DNA of 64,000 nucleotides from NCBI GenBank assembly GCA_963711735.1, contig CAVQFA010000003.1, forward strand, positions 375,830 to 439,829. The letters run 5' to 3'. The position numbers were made by a program, and so were the translations under genes. The DNA is from Candidatus Gottesmanbacteria bacterium. Lineage in GTDB: Bacteria > Patescibacteriota > Microgenomatia > UBA10105 > UBA927. Below the pieces are notes generated by a model, which made no database searches, was not told the DNA's origin, and saw only the letters and a program-made list of their open reading frames with translations. Of this stretch, positions 19,037 through 29,183 are shown in pieces (the first letter of the stretch is position 1; every line of letters begins with the position of its first letter).

Positions 19037-19258
19037 ATGGACATTCTACTTGCAATCATCCAGGGAGCAGGAATATTTTTAGCACTTCCGTCAAAGGCGC
19101 ATGCGTATCTTGATCCCGGTACCGGAAGTTATGTTTTTCAGCTTTTGGTAGCCGGGCTTCTCGGAGGATCGTTTTTCTTTAAATCCATATATAAAAAAAT
19201 AAAAGGAAAATTGAAAAAAGATACCGAAAATGAAAAAACAACCAGCAGTGATAAATGA
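19037..19258 (+). CDS. Small membrane protein with AYLDPGTGS motif
   Basis: Signal-like N-terminus ending AHA, then YLDPGTGS, TM helix, basic tail. Confidence 0.75.
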   Translation: MDILLAIIQGAGIFLALPSKAHAYLDPGTGSYVFQLLVAGLLGGSFFFKSIYKKIKGKLKKDTENEKTTSSDK

Positions 19259-20636
19259 CCCTTCGTCATTTCGGGATCCTTCCGGTTTCATATTCAAAAG
19301 AAACAATCGGGTGCTGAGGCAGATAAATAATTCGTATAAAGAAAACTACGATTTACTGATGCGCTCCGGTTTGTATGACGCACTCGTTAAGTCAAACTCC
19401 CTCATTGGGCATACGGAAGTCGATAAATCATCAGGAACGGCTGGTGCATATAAAATCATAGAACCTGAAAAAATTCCGTTTATCTCGTATCCCTATGAAT
19501 GGTGTTTCGGGGAGCTCAGGGATGCCGCGCTTCTGACTCTTCGGGTTTTCAGTACTGCCCTGGGTCACGGCATGACTCTCAAGGATGCTTCTTCATATAA
19601 TATACAGTTTTTGTCCGGCAAGCCTGTTTTTATCGATACATTATCATTTGAACGCTATGTTGAAGGAACTCCGTGGGTGGGATATAAGCAGTTTTGTGAG
19701 CATTTTCTCTCTCCGCTTGCGCTTGCTTCGCAGGCAGATTACCGGTTGTCCGCACTGCTTTTCAGATATATGGACGGCATTCCGCTTGATCTTGTATCAA
19801 AGCTTTTGCCTCTGAAAGCAAAAATAAATCCGGGAATCGTCATGCATATTCTTTTTCATGCAGGAAGCCAGAAGACAAATACAGACGCATCAGTGCGGAA
19901 AAACACAACGAAATCATTTACCCGGCTTTCACTAATGGGCCTGATCGACAGTCTGGAATCTACCGTCAAACATCTGAAACTTCCTTCACGCCAGACAGCA
20001 TGGACGTCATACAGCAAAGAAGGTTTATCTCCCAGCTATTCAGGCGTATCTCTCAGGCACAAAGTCCGTCTTGTGGGAGACTATCTTGATTATCTTAAAC
20101 CGCGACACATATGGGATATAGGGGCAAACACAGGTGAGTTTTCTAGGATTGCAGCAGGTAAAGGGATTACATCCATTGCCATGGATTTTGATCCGATGGT
20201 TGTTGATGAAAATTATTCCAAAGTGAAAAGTACCGGAGAAACTAGGATTTTTCCCCTTTGTATTGACCTTATGAATCCGACATCGTCAGCAGGGTGGGAC
20301 GCGTCTGAGCGCGCATCGATATTTACGCGTTCCGAGCCGGATACCATACTGGCTCTCGCTATTATTCATCACCTTGTCTGTACACACAACGTAACATTTA
20401 TGATGCTTGCGTCATTTTTTGCCGGGCATACCCGTTCTCTCATCATTGAATTTATTCCAAAAGAGGATAAGCAGGTACAGTCACTTATCCTGGGAAGGGA
20501 ATACATGTTTACGGATTATAATGAAAAGCTTTTTGAAAGCACATTCCGGAGGTACTTTACGATTGAGAAAAAAGAAAAACTTACCGATTCCGGACGCATA
20601 CTGTACTGCATGAAACTGAAATCCGGCAACAGATGA
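19230..20636 (+). CDS. NoeA-like protein: kinase-like N-terminus + class I SAM-dependent methyltransferase
   Basis: SFRDPSG, SYPYEW, LKDASSYNIQF..FIDTLSF; WDIGANTGEFS SAM motif; ALAIIHH. Confidence 0.75.
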   Translation: MKKQPAVINDPSSFRDPSGFIFKRNNRVLRQINNSYKENYDLLMRSGLYDALVKSNSLIGHTEVDKSSGTAGAYKIIEPEKIPFISYPYEWCFGELRDAALLTLRVFSTALGHGMTLKDASSYNIQFLSGKPVFIDTLSFERYVEGTPWVGYKQFCEHFLSPLALASQADYRLSALLFRYMDGIPLDLVSKLLPLKAKINPGIVMHILFHAGSQKTNTDASVRKNTTKSFTRLSLMGLIDSLESTVKHLKLPSRQTAWTSYSKEGLSPSYSGVSLRHKVRLVGDYLDYLKPRHIWDIGANTGEFSRIAAGKGITSIAMDFDPMVVDENYSKVKSTGETRIFPLCIDLMNPTSSAGWDASERASIFTRSEPDTILALAIIHHLVCTHNVTFMMLASFFAGHTRSLIIEFIPKEDKQVQSLILGREYMFTDYNEKLFESTFRRYFTIEKKEKLTDSGRILYCMKLKSGNR

Positions 20637-22213
20637 AAATGAAAAAACCATTGAATCTTATTCCCGTCATTCCTCTCGCATTTTCGTATTCGTATATTTT
20701 ATCCCTGTACTATCACAATATTGGTGAGCTTACGCTTCGTGTGCTGCTTGCGCCTCTTCTGATTGTCGGTATCGCAGTTCTTGTCCTGTACGGGGTACTG
20801 ATGGTACTGTTGAAAAATTCAATCAAATCAAATCTGTTTCTCAGTATTTTCAGTATTACCGTATTTTCTTATGGTGACATCGTACCGATAGTCAGATCAT
20901 GGAAATTTTTTACGGAAGTATTTAGGATTGAGAGCGGAAACGTGGTTGCCGGTTGTTCCATTGCCGTGCTTATTATTTTGTATTTCTGTCTGTCACGTAC
21001 GAAATCAGCATTATCCGCTCTCTATTCCTACATGCTCATTGCAGGAATTTTTTCCGTTTTCATGCCGCTTTTCCGTATCGGGTGGTATGAGGTGAAAGAC
21101 CGTCCTCATAAGACAATTTCCAGCCGCTTTCGCGTACCGGCACAAACAGGCAAACCCATTAACACAAGCACGCTACCTGATATCTATTACATCATTCCTG
21201 ACAGTTATTCAGCCCCTTCGGTGTTTTCGAAATATTTCGGATATGACAACAGTCAATTCGCGGAATTTCTGAAAGGAAAAGGATTTTCCGTTATAGGAAA
21301 TGCTACGTCTAACTACCCCAAAACATACCTTTCTGTTGCCTCAGCATTAAACATGGAATACCTTGATTACCTTTCGGTATACAAAAATTCTTCAGATGAA
21401 ACCCTTATCACACCGGTTATTCAGAATAACGCAGTTGTATTGTTTCTCAAATCCATCGGGTACACCTATTATCACATCGGATCCTGGTGGGGGCCGACGC
21501 AATATAACTGGCTTGCAAAACGGAATTATAATTTGGATCTGACTAACCCTGCGGGTCTGGATGCGTTTTCATCCATCATTTTGAGATCCTCCCTCATCTA
21601 TCCGTTTCTGCCGAAGAAATTTCTGGACAGTGTTATGACGGAATCAGTGGATGACAAGCGGAAACGGATCCTGTATGAGTTTAATACGCTTGATGAAATT
21701 TCATCGCTTCCGGGTCCGAAGTTTATTTTCGCGCACATCATAGCTCCGCATGGACCTAACGTGTTTGACGCGGAGTGTAAGTATATCGGTGAGAATGATT
21801 GGATTGGTGTTACCGATGAGGCAGGGTATACAGACCAGGTTCAGTGTATTAACCGTATGCTTAAAGATGCAATTACGGCAATACTTACCAAATCCAAACA
21901 GCCGCCGGTTATTCTTCTCCAGTCAGACGAAGGAGCGCCGTTTCTGGCAAACCTGCTTACACCGCCTGATAATTGGAAGGAAGCAAGTGATGACCTTCTG
22001 AAAGAAAAGTTTCCGGTACTTTCTGCGTATTATATTCAGGGCAGGAACTTGTCCGGTATCCCGGATGATATGACACCCGTGAATTCATTCCGGTTTATAT
22101 TTAATACCGTGTTTGCAACAAACATTCCGCTTCTTGGGAATAGGAGTTACGTGAATCTTGACATGAATCACCGTTATGAATTTCAGGACGTAACGGACAG
22201 AGTGAAGGAATAA
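20633..22213 (+). CDS. Membrane protein with extracytoplasmic sulfatase/alkaline-phosphatase-superfamily domain
   Basis: 5 N-terminal TMs; PDIYYIIPDSY, SNYPKT, FAHIIAPHGP, ILLQSDEG. Confidence 0.8.
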   Translation: MKMKKPLNLIPVIPLAFSYSYILSLYYHNIGELTLRVLLAPLLIVGIAVLVLYGVLMVLLKNSIKSNLFLSIFSITVFSYGDIVPIVRSWKFFTEVFRIESGNVVAGCSIAVLIILYFCLSRTKSALSALYSYMLIAGIFSVFMPLFRIGWYEVKDRPHKTISSRFRVPAQTGKPINTSTLPDIYYIIPDSYSAPSVFSKYFGYDNSQFAEFLKGKGFSVIGNATSNYPKTYLSVASALNMEYLDYLSVYKNSSDETLITPVIQNNAVVLFLKSIGYTYYHIGSWWGPTQYNWLAKRNYNLDLTNPAGLDAFSSIILRSSLIYPFLPKKFLDSVMTESVDDKRKRILYEFNTLDEISSLPGPKFIFAHIIAPHGPNVFDAECKYIGENDWIGVTDEAGYTDQVQCINRMLKDAITAILTKSKQPPVILLQSDEGAPFLANLLTPPDNWKEASDDLLKEKFPVLSAYYIQGRNLSGIPDDMTPVNSFRFIFNTVFATNIPLLGNRSYVNLDMNHRYEFQDVTDRVKE

Positions 22214-22306
22214 TCCTATAGTTATATAAATTCTCATTTTCTTCTCATATTCATTTTCCTACAATACATTGTATAACCATATCTTATGGCGGTATAATTT
22301 ATCATC

Positions 22307-23110
22307 ATGCCTGATATCACAAATATCATCAGCGTAAAGAACCTGACAAAAAAATTTAAAGACTTAACTGCGGTAAACGAAATTTCTTTTGATGTAAAAA
22401 AGGGAGAAATTTTCGCTTTTTTGGGCCCCAACGGCGCAGGCAAAAGTACAACTATCAAGATGTTAACGACGCTTCTTGAACCAACCCGGGGAACGATTAT
22501 AATTAACGGAACCGATGCATCCCATGATAAAGACTCCGTCAGGCACTCCTTCGGCATTGTTTTTCAGGATCCGTCCCTTGATGATGATCTGACTGCCTGG
22601 GAGAATATGTATTTTCACGCCGTATTATATAAAGTTCCAAAAGATGTTACACATGCACGGATAAAGGATTTATTGGAATTTGTGGAACTGTGGGACAGAA
22701 AAAATGACCTTGTAAAAACTTTTTCCGGCGGTATGAAAAGGAGACTCGAAATTGCCAGGGGACTTCTGCATCACCCCACAATTCTTTATCTTGATGAACC
22801 GACTTTAGGACTCGATCCGCAAACCAGGAAACACACGTGGGATTATATAACGAGCATAAACAGGAAAGAAAACATGACTGTTTTTTTTACCACTCACTAT
22901 ATGGAGGAGGCGGAAAAAATTGCTCATAGGATTGCCATTATTGACCACGGAAAAATCGTTGCACAGGGAACAAACAAAGAATTGCAGGAACAGACAAAAA
23001 CAAAATCCCTGGAAGAGGCATTTCTTAAACTCACGGGGGATGCAATCAGAGAGGAAGAAATGAGTGCAGTAGACAGGATGAGACAGAGAAGGAGGATAAT
23101 GCACCACTAA
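22307..23110 (+). CDS. ABC exporter ATP-binding protein (DrrA-like)
   Basis: GPNGAGKST, FSGGMKRRLEIARG, LDEPT, TTHY. Confidence 0.95.
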   Translation: MPDITNIISVKNLTKKFKDLTAVNEISFDVKKGEIFAFLGPNGAGKSTTIKMLTTLLEPTRGTIIINGTDASHDKDSVRHSFGIVFQDPSLDDDLTAWENMYFHAVLYKVPKDVTHARIKDLLEFVELWDRKNDLVKTFSGGMKRRLEIARGLLHHPTILYLDEPTLGLDPQTRKHTWDYITSINRKENMTVFFTTHYMEEAEKIAHRIAIIDHGKIVAQGTNKELQEQTKTKSLEEAFLKLTGDAIREEEMSAVDRMRQRRRIMHH

Positions 23111-23111
23111 T

Positions 23112-23858
23112 ATGAGTACAATATATATTCTCTGGCTCAGGCAAGTCATCAAATACTTCAGGTCAAAATCAAGAATAGTAGGCTCTTTGGCACAGCCGCT
23201 TCTATTTTTGGTTGCTTTTGGTTTCGGATTCGGATCGATTTACGAGAAAGCAGGAGAAGGGAACTATATACAGTTTTTAGCACCGGGAATCATACTTATG
23301 AGCGTTCTTTTTACCGCTATGTTTTCCGGAATTGACATTATTTGGGACAGGCAATTCGGATTTCTGAAAGAAACACTCGTCGCACCCGTATCCAGAATGG
23401 AAATTATCTTGGGAAAAACTCTGGGCGGAGCAACTGTTGCAGTGCTGCAGGGTGTAATAGTATTTCTTCTGACATTGCTTATCGGTTTCAGACCACAGCA
23501 TGTCATAGCTCTGATTCCCGCATTTCTCTTTACGTTCCTGGTTGCCGTCTTATTCACTTCTCTCGGAACGGCAGTAGCGTCAATGCTTGAAGACATGCAG
23601 GGATTTCAGCTCATTATGAATTTTCTCGTCATGCCCATCGTTTTTCTCTCAGGGGCATTCTTTCCTTTGTCGGGTCTTCCCAAACCCATCGAATTTATTA
23701 CAAAAATTGATCCGTTAACGTACGGGATAGACGGACTCCGGGGAGCGTTAATCGGTGTTTCCAAATTCGGTATGGCGACGGATTTTCTCATTTTATCCGT
23801 CATTACCCTTATACTTCTGGGTGTCGGAAGCTACCTTTTCTCCAAAATTCAACTGTAA
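23112..23858 (+). CDS. ABC-2 type permease
   Basis: 6 TMs; DRQFGFLKETLVAPVSR, FLSGAFFP, PLTY. Confidence 0.93.
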   Translation: MSTIYILWLRQVIKYFRSKSRIVGSLAQPLLFLVAFGFGFGSIYEKAGEGNYIQFLAPGIILMSVLFTAMFSGIDIIWDRQFGFLKETLVAPVSRMEIILGKTLGGATVAVLQGVIVFLLTLLIGFRPQHVIALIPAFLFTFLVAVLFTSLGTAVASMLEDMQGFQLIMNFLVMPIVFLSGAFFPLSGLPKPIEFITKIDPLTYGIDGLRGALIGVSKFGMATDFLILSVITLILLGVGSYLFSKIQL

Positions 23859-23868
23859 TGCCCATGAT

Positions 23869-24477
23869 TCAGTCAAAAATGCTCCAAAGTGCCAGACAGC
23901 CGTATGTCTTATACGGTGACCACTTTTTGACGATTTTTTCAACAGTCCTTATACCCGGCTTACCTTTAAACCCATACAGTTTTTTCATTGCATTTTTTAA
24001 ACCCAGATCACCGTGGGAATAGACATTCTCCCGACCGAGGGTAAACATGAGAAACATCTCAGCTGTCCATCTGCCGATTCCCTTAACTTTAATTAATTCC
24101 GTGATAACGGCTTCATCGTCCACGTTATGTAACGTGTCAAGAGAAATTTCATGATTAGTGGTTTTCAGGGCGAGGTTTTTAATGTATCTGGCTTTTGCCC
24201 AGGACATGCCGACATCACGCAGCTTTTGGTCTGGTATGGCAAGTACGTTTTCCGGAGTGATTTTTTTGTTTGGAAACAGTCCGGTGAATCGGTTGACGAT
24301 AGCGTCAGCCGCCCGTGAACCTAACTGTTGGCCGATGATGTCCTCAGTGAGCTTCATAAAGTAATTAGCCGGCAATACCCGTTTCCGAGGAAAATTAAAT
24401 GTCATACGTGTCATGACGTCATATATGACACGGTCATTTTTTTTGAAGTGGGATTTTATAAAGTTGATTTTTTCCAT
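23869..24477 (-). CDS. alkA: DNA-3-methyladenine glycosylase II (AlkA family)
   Basis: IIGQQL, VKGIGRWTAEMFLMF, DLG, WSPY. Confidence 0.88.
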   Translation of the reverse strand: MEKINFIKSHFKKNDRVIYDVMTRMTFNFPRKRVLPANYFMKLTEDIIGQQLGSRAADAIVNRFTGLFPNKKITPENVLAIPDQKLRDVGMSWAKARYIKNLALKTTNHEISLDTLHNVDDEAVITELIKVKGIGRWTAEMFLMFTLGRENVYSHGDLGLKNAMKKLYGFKGKPGIRTVEKIVKKWSPYKTYGCLALWSIFD

Positions 24478-24591
24478 ATGTGTATTTTACCCGATATCCC
24501 CGGGTACCGTATATTTTGCATCATTATGCATAAATTATTTTGTATCTGGATATCAGTACTTGCATGTATGAGATATAATATTGTTGTAAAT

Positions 24592-25710
24592 ATGCAGAGG
24601 ATTTATTTTTTATTTTTTATCTTTGCTTTCATCTACTTTACATTTTCCGCTGGAAATGTCTACGCAAAAGTTATTACGGGTGAAAACGGCACCGTAAATA
24701 TCGCCAATTCAGAAGTGGTTGATGATGATCTTTTTATCGGCGCGCAGACGGTAAATATTGACGGCACCGTAAACGGGGATGCATTTATCGGAGCGCAAAC
24801 CGTCAAAATTACAGGTATTATAAACGGCAACCTGCATGCAGGTGCAAATACGCTGCTGCTTGAAGGAAAAATTAAAGGAAATGTGTACGCAGGTGCTCAA
24901 AATATTATCGTAAGCGGTGCCGATATCGGGGGATCTCTCATTGCCGGTGCCGCGACAGTCAACCTCGACAAGTCAACTGTAATAGGCGGGACCCTTATGG
25001 TAGGGACCGGTTCCCTGACGATAGATTCCCAAATCGGCAGGAGCGTATATGCCGGTACCGGCAATTTAACCATAGGCGGGAGCACGATAATCGGAAAAGA
25101 CCTGTACTACGCATCAGGCAAGGAAAAAGGACAGGCAAACATATCCGCAAACGCCAAAATCATAGGAAATACGTATAAGTCAGAAATAGTAACTCCCGAA
25201 AAGAGCGCTGATTTAGAGCCTATCAAAAGGCAGGCACCTGTCATATTTAACGGTGCCAAATTCATTTTTGGTATTTTTTCATTCATAGGCGCACTCATAG
25301 TCGGGTTTATATACATGAAGCTTTTTCCGAAGAGTTTTACCGAAACGTCGAAATTGGTCTCCGTTTCCTTCTGGAAAAGTTTCGGTATCGGGTTTCTTGT
25401 GACTATTACTTTTATTCCCGCCATGATTATCCTTCTTATTACCGTAGTCGGTATACCGGTTGCCGGACTTGTGTTTCTTTCACTGCTTATCTATTCATAT
25501 CTTGCCAAAATTGTCGTCGGATCGGCACTTGGTTCATGGTTTACAAAACGGTTCAACATGAAAGCCTCAGCCTACGGTGCATTTGCTCTCGGCCTTTTGG
25601 TATTTTACATACTGAAACTGATCCCGTTTGTGGGATTTCTTGCAGGACTCGTGGTTCTCTGGGTAGGATTGGGCGCCTTCACGATGCGGTTGTTCTCCAA
25701 AAAGGAATGA
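24592..25710 (+). CDS. Beta-helix (bactofilin-like repeat) membrane protein
   Basis: Signal peptide, ~15-aa repeats (GAQTVNIDGTVNGDAFI), hydrophobic multi-TM C-terminus; start moved to 24592. Confidence 0.8.
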   Translation: MQRIYFLFFIFAFIYFTFSAGNVYAKVITGENGTVNIANSEVVDDDLFIGAQTVNIDGTVNGDAFIGAQTVKITGIINGNLHAGANTLLLEGKIKGNVYAGAQNIIVSGADIGGSLIAGAATVNLDKSTVIGGTLMVGTGSLTIDSQIGRSVYAGTGNLTIGGSTIIGKDLYYASGKEKGQANISANAKIIGNTYKSEIVTPEKSADLEPIKRQAPVIFNGAKFIFGIFSFIGALIVGFIYMKLFPKSFTETSKLVSVSFWKSFGIGFLVTITFIPAMIILLITVVGIPVAGLVFLSLLIYSYLAKIVVGSALGSWFTKRFNMKASAYGAFALGLLVFYILKLIPFVGFLAGLVVLWVGLGAFTMRLFSKKE

Positions 25711-25719
25711 GACTGTTAT

Positions 25720-25938
25720 ATGAAAGAGGAAACACCAAAAAAAGATGTACGCTGTGTAAATAAATGCACCGGAGGAACAGGTGCAGGAGGTGCGGTGTAT
25801 GGACTCGGATTAATCGGAGCACTCGTATATTATATCCAGGGGTCTCAAACATTTATGGAAGGGGTAACCGGTTTTTTCAAAGCCCTCGTCTGGCCGGCAT
25901 TTCTCATCTTCCGCGTCTTCGAACTTCTCAAGATGTAA
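25720..25938 (+). CDS. Small membrane protein
   Basis: GAVYGLGLIGALVYYI...KALVWPAFL; follows the previous gene by 9 nt. Confidence 0.75.
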   Translation: MKEETPKKDVRCVNKCTGGTGAGGAVYGLGLIGALVYYIQGSQTFMEGVTGFFKALVWPAFLIFRVFELLKM

Positions 25939-25979
25939 TTATAACTAGTTAATTTTTCGCTGAACGAATAAGTGATGTG

Positions 25980-26050
25980 CTGCGGGACTTGGATTCGAAC
26001 CAAGATAACATCCTCCAGAGGGATGCGTACTACCGTTATACGATCCCGCA
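25980..26050 (-). tRNA. tRNA-Gln (anticodon CTG), CCA not encoded
   Basis: Cloverleaf by eye: TGCGGGA/TCCCGCA acceptor (U1-A72), CATCC-CTCTGGA-GGATG anticodon arm, CTTGG-TTCGAAT-CCAAG T arm, discriminator G; TGGTATAAT upstream. Confidence 0.96.
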
Positions 26051-26117
26051 ATCAGTGCAATTATACCAGCTCTTCGTATTGTCCGTAAGCCCATGCGGAT
26101 GAGGGACACGGAGAGCA

Positions 26118-26780
26118 TCAGTCGCAGGTTTTTGCTCTCGTAAACCCGGCTTTTTGCGCGTCTTTTTCCGAACAGAACCAGTTTTCCCCGATCTCTTTCT
26201 CAACAATGGTAAATTGGTATTGCGCACATCCGGGCAGGTAGTAATTCCTCCTGTCGCTGTTCTTGTCGATATTCCCTTTTATGACACATTTCGGATTATC
26301 CTTATTTTCCGTTGATTGGCAGAGTCCATAGACACCTTTCAGGTTTTCTTTTGCCTGAACGCTTGCCTTTTTGAGGACGTCCGATTTTGAAGTATTGTCG
26401 TGATGGTAGCGTACCCAACCGCTTGCAAGCATTTCTTCGTTTATGAGAGCATTGCCTGCGTATACGAGAGCCATACCGCGGCCTCTCTGGTCAGGTACCT
26501 GTTCATCGATCCGCACATTTTTGCCGGATATTAATGATTCCAGGTATTTTTTTGCCTCATTTCCTCCGCAGAATTCCAACTCCGGCGCATCCAGTTCCCT
26601 CAGCCGGATTTTCGTTTTTCCTTCAAGGACAAATGTGTCTCCGTCAATGACGCCGATTACAGGCACACCGCGTGACGCAGGTGTCCGGGTGATCAAGAAA
26701 TATATATTAAACAAGATCGAAGGAATGAGGACGGTTGCAAGTAACGTAATGATTGCCGCAGGTTTGTGTTTCAGGCTCAT
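26118..26780 (-). CDS. Membrane-anchored thermonuclease (SNase) with C-terminal Cys-containing domain
   Basis: VIDGDT, IRLRELDAPE, DQRGRGMA, INEEML..GW; C-terminal CVIKGNI..YYLPGC..WFCSEKDAQKAGF. Confidence 0.88.
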   Translation of the reverse strand: MSLKHKPAAIITLLATVLIPSILFNIYFLITRTPASRGVPVIGVIDGDTFVLEGKTKIRLRELDAPELEFCGGNEAKKYLESLISGKNVRIDEQVPDQRGRGMALVYAGNALINEEMLASGWVRYHHDNTSKSDVLKKASVQAKENLKGVYGLCQSTENKDNPKCVIKGNIDKNSDRRNYYLPGCAQYQFTIVEKEIGENWFCSEKDAQKAGFTRAKTCD

Positions 26781-26825
26781 ATGTATCAGTATAGCGCGGT
26801 AGCGTTCTCGTGGTATAGTATAGCC

Positions 26826-27305
26826 ATGACAAACAAGTTCTATATGAAAAAGGAAGCAAGGATTCCGTTTACCCGCAAAGGCTATCAGGACGTGATTGAC
26901 CAGAGATCTAAACTGCAGTCCCAGCGTCCGGAGGCGGTAGAACACCTCAGGAAGGCCCGCGAAATGGGAGACCTGTCGGAAAACGGGTACTACAAAGCAT
27001 CACGTGCACGGTTATCGTTTCTCGACGCACAACTCCGTAAGCTCGAACGGCTGGTGAAATTGGGAGTAGTGGTGGAATCTTCAGGAAGCGGTTATGTGGA
27101 TATCGGAAGCACTGTCACTCTTTGGGACGGACAGAAGGAATACAAATATTCTGTTGTCGGTGGTTACGAATCCAACCCGTCCGAACAAACAATTTCACAT
27201 AAATCACCGCTCGGAAGGGCTCTTATGGGAAAGAGGGAAAATGAAACCATAGAAGTAGATGCACCGAAAGGAATAATGAAATATACTATCCGTAAGGTAG
27301 GGTAG
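26826..27305 (+). CDS. greA: Transcription elongation factor GreA
   Basis: AREMGDLSEN, ISHKSPLGRALMGK, APKG; start 26826 or 26844. Confidence 0.93.
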   Translation: MTNKFYMKKEARIPFTRKGYQDVIDQRSKLQSQRPEAVEHLRKAREMGDLSENGYYKASRARLSFLDAQLRKLERLVKLGVVVESSGSGYVDIGSTVTLWDGQKEYKYSVVGGYESNPSEQTISHKSPLGRALMGKRENETIEVDAPKGIMKYTIRKVG

Positions 27306-27308
27306 AGT

Positions 27309-28091
27309 ATGAAAAAGATAAACCTTCTCATTATCGTCCTTTTGTTTTTGGGCACGTACCTCATGCTGCCCAGTCTTCCCTCACTCGTTCCGTTACACTG
27401 GAATATCCAAGGTCAGATCGATAATTATGCACCGAAAGATACCGGGGTCTGGATCATGCCGGTTCTGGTTCTGGTATTGTTTATACTTTTCCACTTCATA
27501 CCTTCATTTGATCCGAAACGGGAAAAATACCGCTTGTTTCAGAGAGAATGGGATATTATTCAGACGGGTTTGATCATATTTTTTGCATACATGCAATGTA
27601 TTATTCTGTATGCCTCGGTATACCCGGAATTACAGATCATGCCGGTTATGTTCACCGGTTTCGGGGCACTGTTTATTCTTTTAGGGAGAACCATGTCAAA
27701 AATCAAACAGAATTATTTTATCGGAATCCGTGTGCCGTGGACATTATCCAGTGAAGACAACTGGAACAAAACACATAACTTTGCAGCCAAGTGTTTTACC
27801 GTTGCCGGTATTGTCGTACTTTTAGAAGCAATTTTTATCCGGTTTGCCCCGTTTGTGGTATTCGGAAGCATCATGCTGTCTGTCTTCCTTCCGGTTATGT
27901 ATTCGTTTCTGTTATTTAAAAAATCACCGGAAAAGATGAAATATGTCTATATCGGTTTACTCATTATTATCATGATCGTCGGTGCTATCCGCCTTCTTAG
28001 CGGTGAGGATGATTGGATTTGTCAAAATGGGCAGTGGGTGAAACACGGAAATCCCGATGCCGTCAAACCCTCGGTTCCCTGTCCCCGCTGA
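27309..28091 (+). CDS. SdpI-family membrane protein (DUF1648 + SdpI) with extra C-terminal Cys motif
   Basis: VPLHWNIQGQID, KQNYFIGIRVPWTLSSEDNWNKTH. Confidence 0.85.
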   Translation: MKKINLLIIVLLFLGTYLMLPSLPSLVPLHWNIQGQIDNYAPKDTGVWIMPVLVLVLFILFHFIPSFDPKREKYRLFQREWDIIQTGLIIFFAYMQCIILYASVYPELQIMPVMFTGFGALFILLGRTMSKIKQNYFIGIRVPWTLSSEDNWNKTHNFAAKCFTVAGIVVLLEAIFIRFAPFVVFGSIMLSVFLPVMYSFLLFKKSPEKMKYVYIGLLIIIMIVGAIRLLSGEDDWICQNGQWVKHGNPDAVKPSVPCPR

Positions 28092-29139
28092 AAGTTCCGA
28101 ACATATATCCGGTGAGAATTGATGCAAACGGATATATGGGAAGCACATACCAGGCTAACCTCGTTTTCATACCAATGGATAAAACAAGAATTATAAGTAT
28201 CATGCTTAAAGAAAAAAATACCGGAAACTCCGGACGTTTACGGGTATAAAAAATTCCGTAAAATATACTGACAGGAAAAAACGGAAAAAGGGGATATACC
28301 TGCGGATCTGAAATAACCTGTAAGGGATACGTCCATGTATGTGCGTGACCTTCGATTGGGTTTGTTATCCTTTGAAATATATGATACCCGAAGTGTGACA
28401 GGAGAAAATTACTACCGTACATTGCATACATATATACATACCAGGGAAGTATAAGAAGAAGCAAAAAGAACAGCGCTTTCATCAGCTGGTTTTTTATAGA
28501 GAAAATTGGTTGCCGGAGGCAGATAATTCTGTAAAACCAAAATAAAACAAACGGCGCCAGGCCAAGTGGTCCTTTAGTGAGGACCGCAAGAGCAGAAAAC
28601 AATGTTCCCCACAGCAATCCCTGTCTGAATCCTTTGAGGTTAAGATGGAAAAAATACAGCGACATTGTTATCCAAAGGATCTGAAGTATATCCATATCCG
28701 CAGAGCGTATCGTGTGCGTTGAAAAAAAACCGCCGGAGTTTGTTATAAAGAGATGTGGTGTGGCAAGAAGAGTCAGAACTGCAAATATTCCGCCTGTTTG
28801 AGTGCTCAGATTTTTGGTAATGATATATACAAACAGGATGAGTAAGAATCCTGATAATGCACCGGTGAAACGGAACGAATACGTATGTAATCCGCCGGCG
28901 GATGAAACAAGCCAGGTTATCATGTACCAAAGCGGAGGCTTTTCGAAAAACGGTTTTCCGTCAAGCGTCATTTTAAACGGATCGCCTCTTTGAATCATCT
29001 CCTTGACGACCCCGGCATTAGTTTTCTCATCCCACCGTGCGAGGGGTTCTCTCCCGAGACTTACAAAACAAAGCATGAATGCAACGATCAGAATAAGGAT
29101 TGTACAAAGATGTAACAGATTCCGTTTAATTCTCATCAT
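28063..29139 (-). CDS. ArnT/PMT-like GT-C glycosyltransferase
   Basis: WDE, FFEKPPLWY, AVLTKGP, ILPWY, YVLPIYP; multi-TM. Confidence 0.85.
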   Translation of the reverse strand: MMRIKRNLLHLCTILILIVAFMLCFVSLGREPLARWDEKTNAGVVKEMIQRGDPFKMTLDGKPFFEKPPLWYMITWLVSSAGGLHTYSFRFTGALSGFLLILFVYIITKNLSTQTGGIFAVLTLLATPHLFITNSGGFFSTHTIRSADMDILQILWITMSLYFFHLNLKGFRQGLLWGTLFSALAVLTKGPLGLAPFVLFWFYRIICLRQPIFSIKNQLMKALFFLLLLILPWYVYMYAMYGSNFLLSHFGYHIFQRITNPIEGHAHTWTYPLQVISDPQVYPLFPFFPVSIFYGIFYTRKRPEFPVFFSLSMILIILVLSIGMKTRLAWYVLPIYPFASILTGYMFGTFSGDREPRV

Positions 29140-29183
29140 TGAAATAACCGGAAGAAAAATTTGTACGTATGCCGTGTCTCACA

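Noticed and set aside
24328-24591. N-terminal extensions in the ORF track (also aspS, gltX, era, greA, thermonuclease, both fem genes, hrcA, nusA)
   Set aside because: They overlap divergent genes or promoters; downstream ATGs fit family N-termini and -10 spacing
25845-26051. 68-aa ORF on the minus strand
   Set aside because: Overlaps tRNA-Gln, which explains the sequence
25940-26120. tRNA as an integration site for an island
   Set aside because: No integrase and no duplicated tRNA 3' end seen in the window
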